Shown: positions 57,090 to 64,000 of the stretch, piece after piece
How positions within the stretch are numbered: position 1 is the first letter of the stretch
Layout: each line of letters opens with the position of its first letter
Source: a virus
Taxonomy: Duplodnaviria; Caudoviricetes
IMG/VR virus record: IMGVR_UViG_3300028797_002495
Location: 17,756 to 81,755 of that record
DNA: 64,000 nucleotides
Strand: one strand, 5' to 3'
Made by a program: the position numbers and the translations under genes
Notes under the pieces: generated by a model
Told to the model about the DNA's origin: nothing
Database searches by the model: none
What the model saw: only the letters and a program-made list of their open reading frames with translations

Positions 57090-58000
57090 AATTGTGTATA
57101 TTTTCTTTTCCAATTTACTTTAGAAGTTATTGCTCCATAACGATCCTCCGTGGCTCCTGATGCTAACACCTCATCAAGGCTCTGTCCAGTTTCTGTCATA
57201 ATATTTTTAATCATATCAATTCGTCCAGATTCAAGCAGCGTATAAGTTGTAAGATAATTCAATCCCATTTCTTTCTTCGCTTTAACTAGTTTATTATATA
57301 ACGACTTTCTATTTATTTCCGTAGTGTTTTTAAGCTCAAGGATCTTAAATACTCCTCTGTTGGTAGGATCATATGGTCTTTCATACTGTACTCTACTATT
57401 AACAAAATAATGAGAATAACAATCTTGTGATTCTTTACAGTAATTATATAGCTCTTTTGATATTTCTAATTTACGACCGCTACATAGAGTTGCTATATGT
57501 TTACCGCCTTTAGTCTTAATATCTTCGCATTTTAGGTTAACTAACTCACACATATTCTCTCCGCATATCCCTTCGAAAAGTGCAAGCATTAAAGCCTTAT
57601 CTGAAACATTAAGAAAATCCTTAATAACAAACAAAAGATCATGGCGAGAGATTATTTTATCATTAACCATTCCATAGTTTAAACAGTTTCCAAGAATATC
57701 TTGATTGATTTCTTCATAATGATTCTGATTGTCTTCAACCATATTACGCTGCAAACACCAACTTGCATATCCTTTTAATAAACTATTTAAAGTATTAAGA
57801 GTATCTAAAGAAGTAGAACACTTTCTTTGATAATAAATAATGATTTCATTTACAGTAAAATTAGAGCAATCTTTTTCTAATTCTTTTTCATAAGACTCGA
57901 CCTGATTAAACGCTCTAACTCCTAATACATTAAGACTTGCGTTTCTTTCAACGCTCTCATCAATATATTTCTGTTTTATTTCCACATTATACATAATCAA
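57077..58000 (-). CDS. MrpR/YopR-like repressor (degenerate tyrosine-recombinase fold)
   Basis: MYN.E.KQKYI N-terminus; LALFEGICGENMCELVNL where the catalytic Arg box is expected; LLESGRIDM; no HxxR. Confidence 0.7.
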   Translation of the reverse strand: MIMYNVEIKQKYIDESVERNASLNVLGVRAFNQVESYEKELEKDCSNFTVNEIIIYYQRKCSTSLDTLNTLNSLLKGYASWCLQRNMVEDNQNHYEEINQDILGNCLNYGMVNDKIISRHDLLFVIKDFLNVSDKALMLALFEGICGENMCELVNLKCEDIKTKGGKHIATLCSGRKLEISKELYNYCKESQDCYSHYFVNSRVQYERPYDPTNRGVFKILELKNTTEINRKSLYNKLVKAKKEMGLNYLTTYTLLESGRIDMIKNIMTETGQSLDEVLASGATEDRYGAITSKVNWKRKYTQFIEA

Positions 58001-59270
58001 ACACCTCCTTTGCTACTTTGTCCAGTCTTACAAAATCTGACCTAGTAAAACTAATATAAAAGTTTTTCTTATGTCCCTCTTCATTGAGATATTTATTTAC
58101 ATCTTCAACTAATCTGTAGACATTGTCTAAGCCACTTTCTTTTGCTTTCCATATAGCATAGAAGAAACTGATTATATAACGTGGTTCCCACTTCTTTTCC
58201 AGAAGCTCTACATCGTAAATTTCATAATCTCTAAATACTTGTTCAATATAATTACGTAATTCAATTATTTCCTTACGTGACATTTTGTTTACGCCGAAAA
58301 GAAATGATATGTTAATCATCCTTCCGGCTAAAGCCGGATCAATATATTCTGCATTAAATTTTCCTTTCAATACCGTTGAATACTTATTAAGTTCTTGTAT
58401 TATCTGGTTTGCGTAGTTGTTCTGATTAAACGATTCAGAATCTACTTTTCTCATCTTTGTTTTCTGATCTTCCTGATAAATAAATTGCCTTGCTTCCTCA
58501 TCAGAAAAAGAAACAATTCTTAATTCCATTGGATAATCAAAAGAACTATCAAGATTATAAATATCTGATAGTGCTCTAAATCTATGATATCCGTCAAGAA
58601 TATCGAAGTGCTCTAACTTATATATGATAAGTTCGTTTTCAACATCATCATATTCAAAAGTTTCTTCTATTGGTATATTTAATGTTAATGTATTTGGAAT
58701 ATATGTATTTTCTAGATATAATTCTTTAATTGCTTTAACGGCAGCATTATTTAATGTAGGAATAAATATTACTTCTCCGTTAAATTCTTTTGCTTTCATT
58801 GGTCGTTGGGCGTTTGGATTATAGCTCAATAATTGTAAATCACGTAACCTCATTAATTCTTCGACTGATATCTTTCCAATGAACTGGCGATCATCAATCT
58901 GTATCATTTTCCATTTAATAGGGAAAACATTTTTACCCACTGTCTTTGTTGTTTTGCCGTACTCTTTAACCTCTTTAGGAGTAAAAAAAGAATTGACTTC
59001 TTTTTCACTAAGTAACAAAGAACTTAGTTTATATATGGTGCGATCATCATATATATTTAATGGTTTAATTAAAAGTACTATTTCTCCTGCGTTCTTTTCT
59101 GATACCCCCGTTACGATCAACGACTGAATATATTTATTTAATATATTCTTATCGGTTGATTTGATTCTTAATTGCTTTTGTAATTTTTCCTCTAACTCCT
59201 CACGTTCCTTTAACATTGTAACACCTCCTTTCTTTAATTCGACACTATCACAATGTCTTAATTTTGTCAA
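57987..59270 (-). CDS. DndB/DGQHR-like (ParB-related) domain protein, YopQ-like (likely start MLKERE)
   Basis: YNPNAQR, PNTLTLN, ILDGYHRFRAL, QFIYQED. Confidence 0.8.
   Translation of the reverse strand: MTKLRHCDSVELKKGGVTMLKEREELEEKLQKQLRIKSTDKNILNKYIQSLIVTGVSEKNAGEIVLLIKPLNIYDDRTIYKLSSLLLSEKEVNSFFTPKEVKEYGKTTKTVGKNVFPIKWKMIQIDDRQFIGKISVEELMRLRDLQLLSYNPNAQRPMKAKEFNGEVIFIPTLNNAAVKAIKELYLENTYIPNTLTLNIPIEETFEYDDVENELIIYKLEHFDILDGYHRFRALSDIYNLDSSFDYPMELRIVSFSDEEARQFIYQEDQKTKMRKVDSESFNQNNYANQIIQELNKYSTVLKGKFNAEYIDPALAGRMINISFLFGVNKMSRKEIIELRNYIEQVFRDYEIYDVELLEKKWEPRYIISFFYAIWKAKESGLDNVYRLVEDVNKYLNEEGHKKNFYISFTRSDFVRLDKVAKEVFDYV
59259..59270 (-). promoter_or_regulatory. SigA-type promoter upstream of the DndB-like/MrpR-like pair (6 of 6)
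   Basis: TTGACAAAATTA; TGa-TAGTGT 17 nt after TTGACA. Confidence 0.7.
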
Positions 59271-59285
59271 TATAGTTAAATATTT

Positions 59286-59801
59286 CTATTTATTATTCTC
59301 CTTTTCTCTTAATTTAAAAAAGTATTCTTTTAATTTCTCTGCATCAATATTAGATGTATCTTCATTAGTTTTTTCCATTTCAAATGCGTGCAACAGATGA
59401 GATAAGATCAATGCCCTGGTCTTATTATCTATTAAAGTAAAGATTAAACTACACTGTAAACAAATATCCCAAAGCTCTCCGTTGCCAGCCTCATATAATT
59501 GAATGATTCTTTTCTTATTTTCCTTTCTAATAACTTCCATATAATTATAAAACTTCTTATCAGTATTAGTATCATTCTGATGCTGATAAGCCAAGAAGTA
59601 TATTATCGGATTCATGCCAAGCACTTCAAACCATTCAAATACTTGAAATGCATTTGGAAAACTTAAACCTCTTTCCCAATTTTGTATTGTCTTTTTACTG
59701 ACTCCTAGTTCCATTGCCATTCGCTCTTGAGAATAACCTGCTTCGGCTCTGGATTTTAACCATATTTCTGCAAATCGTTTTGCTTTACTTGCTCTATCCA
59801 T
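59286..59801 (-). CDS. XRE-family HTH transcriptional regulator
   Basis: GYSQERMAMELGVSKKTIQNWERG. Confidence 0.9.
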   Translation of the reverse strand: MDRASKAKRFAEIWLKSRAEAGYSQERMAMELGVSKKTIQNWERGLSFPNAFQVFEWFEVLGMNPIIYFLAYQHQNDTNTDKKFYNYMEVIRKENKKRIIQLYEAGNGELWDICLQCSLIFTLIDNKTRALILSHLLHAFEMEKTNEDTSNIDAEKLKEYFFKLREKENNK

Positions 59802-59935
59802 GAAAATTTTTTCCTTTCTATAATATTATTATGCGAAAAATATTTTTCTCTTTTTTTATTTTAAATAGTTTCTTTTTGAAACTGACAGCAATAATTCTAC
59901 CATATTATAATCTTATCAACAAGGAGGAAATACTA

Positions 59936-60427
59936 ATGAATAACGAAGTACTAATTGTTGGCACTGCTAAAGATGAAAACAGCGTTGAAGCCGCTAGACC
60001 CAGTGGAATTATTGATACAATTCCGGTTCTTGTTCCACAAGATATGGTTGGCAAAAGAATTTCCGTTAAGGGAGAGTTCTTATCAACGAATACATATGAT
60101 AGAAAATTAAAACTTTGCGTTTATCCGTCTGAGGTTGTAAGTACAATTGAACCCGATACAAACAATATACATATTGAAGGATTCCTTTGTAAATCACCTA
60201 ATTATAGAATCACTCCAGCGGGTAGACATATAACTGATTTACTTGTTGCCGTTCATCACGGAAAAGAATCAAGTTATTTGCCTTGTATTTATTGGGGCGA
60301 TGCTTCAAGTTTGAAAATAGGAGATATGATTTCTATAGACGGCAGAATTCAAAGTCGGGAATATTTTAAAGGAGATATGATTCATACCGTCTATGAAGTT
60401 TCTGTTGAGAAATTGAATCTAATTTAA
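59936..60427 (+). CDS. ssb: Clostridial-type tandem OB-fold SSB (start ATG 59936)
   Basis: GFLCKSPNYRITPAGRHITDLLVAV..SYLPCIYWG..GRIQSREY; RBS AAGGAGG; the only clear + strand gene in this arm. Confidence 0.8.
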   Translation: MNNEVLIVGTAKDENSVEAARPSGIIDTIPVLVPQDMVGKRISVKGEFLSTNTYDRKLKLCVYPSEVVSTIEPDTNNIHIEGFLCKSPNYRITPAGRHITDLLVAVHHGKESSYLPCIYWGDASSLKIGDMISIDGRIQSREYFKGDMIHTVYEVSVEKLNLI

Positions 60428-61468
60428 AAGTCCGTCTATAAGCTCAGAGGCTTTTGCTTTTTCATTATTATCAGTAACTATATATCTTTGAGTTGTAGAA
60501 ATGTTGGAATGTCCAACGGCTCTTCTTACAAACTCTGCATTTCCAGTTTCTTGATACAAGATTGAGCAAAAGCCAGCCCTGAGTTTATGAGGACTAATAT
60601 GAAAACCAAGAGCGTCTTGGCAATACTTACCAACAAGCTTTGCCAATGTAGAAGATCCTATTCTATTTCCATTTTCAGCTATAAATAAAGCGTCTGATTT
60701 CGATTCCCATTCTTCTCTGTCTTGTAACCACAACTCCAAAGAGTTTATAGTTTTTTCTGATAAATTATAAACATGAAATTTGTTTCCTTTATCTACTACT
60801 TTAAGAGTTTTATTATACAAATCTATATCTTCCATATTAATTTCAGACAGAGCGGTTTCTCTCATTCCAGTAGTCATGAACAATAATAATATTGCTCGAT
60901 CACGATTCCGTAATCTTTTCTGAAAAGCTCTAGCCTTATCGCTTCCAACGCCTTCTTCAACTGACTCAAGAATGTGATTAAAATCGTATTTAGTTAATAA
61001 AATACGATTTTCATTTATTCGCTCAAGATCTCTATTTTTAGGTTTAGTTATCATCTTCATATAATTATTAGATATTTTGTTTGTATTATAGAGAAACTCA
61101 AAAAAACTATTTAAACAGCACCACACTGTTTGCTGATATGAATCAGAAGTGTAAACCTGTTTTCCATTAACTTCTCTTTTTTGAATAAGAATAAAATACC
61201 GCTGAATATCACTTAATGAAATATCCTGCGGATCGATTTCTTTTATTGAAGCATTGATAAAAGTTAAAAACTTTTCTATTTTATTAATATAGTCACGACA
61301 AGTTGTAATAGTTTTTTGAGAAGCTTTTAAATTATAATACCATTCTTGAATATATTCTGGCATATTTTGTATTTTATTTAATAAAACAGTTTCTTTTTTT
61401 ATTTCAGTTTCTAATCTACCCTGCATAGTTCCATTCCTCCTCATTAATAAATGATATATACTTTCCAT
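60419..61468 (-). CDS. XerC-like tyrosine recombinase (possibly YopP/SroD-like)
   Basis: TTGMRETAL, DKGNK, PHKLRAG, VGHSNISTTQRY. Confidence 0.88.
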   Translation of the reverse strand: MESIYHLLMRRNGTMQGRLETEIKKETVLLNKIQNMPEYIQEWYYNLKASQKTITTCRDYINKIEKFLTFINASIKEIDPQDISLSDIQRYFILIQKREVNGKQVYTSDSYQQTVWCCLNSFFEFLYNTNKISNNYMKMITKPKNRDLERINENRILLTKYDFNHILESVEEGVGSDKARAFQKRLRNRDRAILLLFMTTGMRETALSEINMEDIDLYNKTLKVVDKGNKFHVYNLSEKTINSLELWLQDREEWESKSDALFIAENGNRIGSSTLAKLVGKYCQDALGFHISPHKLRAGFCSILYQETGNAEFVRRAVGHSNISTTQRYIVTDNNEKAKASELIDGLLN

Positions 61469-61907
61469 TTGGAGTAAATATAATATTATCTCTTAGTTTC
61501 AATCCAAGTATTTCATTACAATACATTAGACAAGTCCTATTCATTTCTTTATCTTGTAAACTTGGATATAATTTTGTATTGTCTGGATGATTATGCATAA
61601 TGATTAAATCCGTAGGACTAAAATAATCCTTAATTTTATCAAAATCCGTACAATCAAAAACCAATCTGGACTTTTTGCCTTTACCAATTTCACAGATGCC
61701 TTTTAATTGAAGTTTATCATAGGATAAAGCATATAAATATTCGATTCTTTTATTCTTATATAATGAGTACCCAATTGTTTTTAAATCATTACTTGGAATC
61801 CATATATCAGTTTTATATATTTCTCTTTTAAATTCATTAATCTGTTTGAATTTATGAACAAACATATTATTCCTCCTAAATAATTCCAGTACCAAAATAA
61901 TTTCCAA
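61416..61907 (-). CDS. RadC-like JAB/MPN domain protein
   Basis: IIMHNHP...PSLQD...LRDNIIF. Confidence 0.7.
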   Translation of the reverse strand: MEIILVLELFRRNNMFVHKFKQINEFKREIYKTDIWIPSNDLKTIGYSLYKNKRIEYLYALSYDKLQLKGICEIGKGKKSRLVFDCTDFDKIKDYFSPTDLIIMHNHPDNTKLYPSLQDKEMNRTCLMYCNEILGLKLRDNIIFTPNGKYISFINEEEWNYAG

Positions 61908-62379
61908 CTGGAGTATCTTTTTTTACATCAAATAAATCTAACATCTTACTACCCTGTTTATCTTCTCCCAATATTGTTCTATTTGCAAATTCATATGTTT
62001 GTTTAAAATTTCCAGATTCTCCCTCAGATTCGGCTTCTTCTATAGTGTCTGTTATTATATTTTCAGACATATATTTGCTTTTTTTATGCTGAGATAATCC
62101 ATAGTTAATATCTCCCCATTCTAATAAAACGTCTAATTCTTCGTCAATCATTTTATTAAATACAGGAAGAAACACATAATAATCTCTTTCTTTATAAGAA
62201 TTAACTCCCCAATAAGTATATGTAAATCCTATAATTTTTAATCTTTTAACATTGTCTTTTTCATATATAGTATAAAAGATAGTATCTTTCCAAATAGGAT
62301 CATCTTTTTTAAATTCCTTATAAATTTTATTTTTATCCATATTGTATACCTCACTTTTTGTATATTGAATAAGGTTCAT
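61876..62379 (-). CDS. Hypothetical protein
   Basis: ORF track. Confidence 0.55.
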   Translation of the reverse strand: MNLIQYTKSEVYNMDKNKIYKEFKKDDPIWKDTIFYTIYEKDNVKRLKIIGFTYTYWGVNSYKERDYYVFLPVFNKMIDEELDVLLEWGDINYGLSQHKKSKYMSENIITDTIEEAESEGESGNFKQTYEFANRTILGEDKQGSKMLDLFDVKKDTPVGNYFGTGII

Positions 62380-63070
62380 ATTTTAAAATAAAACTTTTAT
62401 TCTTTTCTAACGTAATCTTATTCATTAATTGTATTTCTTTCCATGTTAAACATTCTTCTGTTTTTAATCTACATTTTTCATCAACTGGTCTTATTATTTC
62501 CATTGTTTTAGGATTAATAAAGTACTTCATATTTAACCAGCCGTCATGTTTAAACTTTTCACCGCTCAATTCTTCTAATAAACCTTTCCATCCGGAATAA
62601 AGAATTCCTACCGTATATATCTCTCCGCTTTTAATATCTTTATATAATACCGGAAGAACATGAGGAACCATATTGTCTTTAAAATACATAGCGTATTCGT
62701 TTTTATATATCTTTTTTCCAGCTCCCTGAGTTCTTTGACCCATTTGTGGAGTTAGCCATATATATGTCGAATATCCATTTTTAATTGCAAACTCATAATT
62801 CTCTTTCCGTTCTTTTTCTATGCTTTCCTGTGATAAATCTTTTATAATATTACATTTATCATCAGTCCATACCCAATGACCATTAGGTTTTTCCGTAGCT
62901 GTGAACCGCTTATTAGTAGATACTAATCTAGAAGCTCCGTTATGATCGGTATAAACTTCTTTATTATTCCCTCTAGCTTCTTCTCTTCTAAAAATATCTT
63001 GCAAAAAAAGAATTATCTTTGCTCCAACTCTTGTTATTCCTACAAAAATATAAAAGAAAATACCATACAT
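62351..63070 (-). CDS. Hypothetical protein with N-terminal hydrophobic segment
   Basis: ORF track; RBS AAAGGAG. Confidence 0.6.
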   Translation of the reverse strand: MYGIFFYIFVGITRVGAKIILFLQDIFRREEARGNNKEVYTDHNGASRLVSTNKRFTATEKPNGHWVWTDDKCNIIKDLSQESIEKERKENYEFAIKNGYSTYIWLTPQMGQRTQGAGKKIYKNEYAMYFKDNMVPHVLPVLYKDIKSGEIYTVGILYSGWKGLLEELSGEKFKHDGWLNMKYFINPKTMEIIRPVDEKCRLKTEECLTWKEIQLMNKITLEKNKSFILKYEPYSIYKK

Positions 63071-63090
63071 TTGATCATCTCCTTTCGTAT

Positions 63091-63279
63091 TTATAATCCA
63101 TACTTCGCTAATATTCCAACAACCTTAGCAATAAACTCCGCATCTCTCTCAGCAACAAGCAAATCTCTTTCATTACTACACCATTCATTTCTTGCCTCAA
63201 CTATTTCGCTTATTGCTTTTACATCTGCATTTATTAGTTCTATTATACTTGCTCCGTAATCAAATTCATACCTATTCAT
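63091..63279 (-). CDS. Hypothetical protein
   Basis: ORF track; RBS AAGGAG. Confidence 0.55.
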   Translation of the reverse strand: MNRYEFDYGASIIELINADVKAISEIVEARNEWCSNERDLLVAERDAEFIAKVVGILAKYGL

Positions 63280-63381
63280 AATTGTTCTCCTTTTTATTTT
63301 ATGATATTTGAATAAGAAAAACGGAACAAGATATAATAGTACCCTAAATTATTTAATTATGTGGTAATTATTTTCTCGTGT

Positions 63382-63582
63382 TTATACCTTTAATTTATTA
63401 TTCTTAATTATTCTATATATTAACATCTTATTTGGTTCTCTGTTTATTGGAAATGAAATAATTCTATTATTACAATCCTTATATATTACATGCCTACCAC
63501 CATTGGATCGCTCCTTTACGAATCCGTTCTTCCGTAATATTTTGTAGAACTCCCTTTCGGAATATTGTTTAAGTGTACTCAT
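63382..63582 (-). CDS. hicA: HicA-like dsRBD-fold mRNA interferase
   Basis: REFYKILRKNGF..RSNGGRHVIYK...ISFP. Confidence 0.7.
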   Translation of the reverse strand: MSTLKQYSEREFYKILRKNGFVKERSNGGRHVIYKDCNNRIISFPINREPNKMLIYRIIKNNKLKV

Positions 63583-63875
63583 GATCTTATCTCCTTTACT
63601 TCTTTAAATCCAATCGAATCAACTACATAAATCTTCCTTCTTTTTGTTTCTACATTCTTAACTATAATTACATCGCTGACACTCATTGATCTGGCACGAT
63701 ATCCAACCGGATGATCTATGTTTACCTTCATAAAAATATTTTCAAGACTTACTTCTACATCTGATTCAAAATGAAATACATGGACATAATCAGCAAGATT
63801 AATTTTGTCATAATCAACATCCATAAAACATCTTTCATTACTCATAGGCAATTGTAAAATACTATAATGAAACAT
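63579..63875 (-). CDS. YodL-like domain protein
   Basis: FMKVNIDHPVGYRARSMSVSDVI..YVVDSIGF. Confidence 0.8.
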   Translation of the reverse strand: MFHYSILQLPMSNERCFMDVDYDKINLADYVHVFHFESDVEVSLENIFMKVNIDHPVGYRARSMSVSDVIIVKNVETKRRKIYVVDSIGFKEVKEIRS

Positions 63876-64000
63876 ATGCTATCTCCTTTCTATAAACAAA
63901 AACACCACTGATGTTCACCACAAATCTCTGCTATATCATTAACATTAATATCTTCTTCGTTACATATTTTTATAATTGGCTCAGCAGATCCTCTTTCTTC

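Noticed and set aside
938-63259. Antisense and nested ORFs in the track (e.g. 938, 1613, 2415, 7840, 8959, 24684, 37926, 47948, 62942)
   Set aside because: They lie opposite or inside well-supported genes, lack RBSs and have shadow-frame composition.
1-64000. Stop-codon reassignment
   Set aside because: Long genes are intact in code 11 and TAA, TAG and TGA all terminate genes; the two apparent splits are explained by introns; no suppressor anticodon was found.

Overview
AT-rich 64 kb segment of a large temperate Firmicutes (probably Clostridia-infecting) phage in the standard genetic code. The + strand (1-22950) carries tail/baseplate genes, two families of paralogous fibre/adhesin-like genes, a glycosyltransferase split by a group I intron carrying a GIY-YIG endonuclease, a papain-like protease and the lysis genes. 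An intact attP-like site (3' end of a tRNA, flanked by arm-type repeats) marks the strand switch, followed by a tyrosine integrase. The - strand carries dUTPase, an anaerobic RNR (nrdD) split by a second group I intron with an HNH gene, nucleotide-metabolism genes and a SleB-like hydrolase. Next come a 1.25 kb non-coding RNA cluster (tRNA-Gln, tRNA-Leu and at least four non-canonical tRNA-like elements interleaved with structured spacers), a U32-like protein, DnaE, primase, helicase, Sak4-like ATPase, SSB and two free-standing HNH-AP2 genes. The window ends with an array of small shuffled genes with shared junction sequences, a nicotinamidase and an SPbeta-like (MrpR/Sro) repression module. 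The most unusual items are the tRNA-like RNA array and the intron in a tail-cluster glycosyltransferase. All family assignments come from motif recognition by eye; no database search was run.
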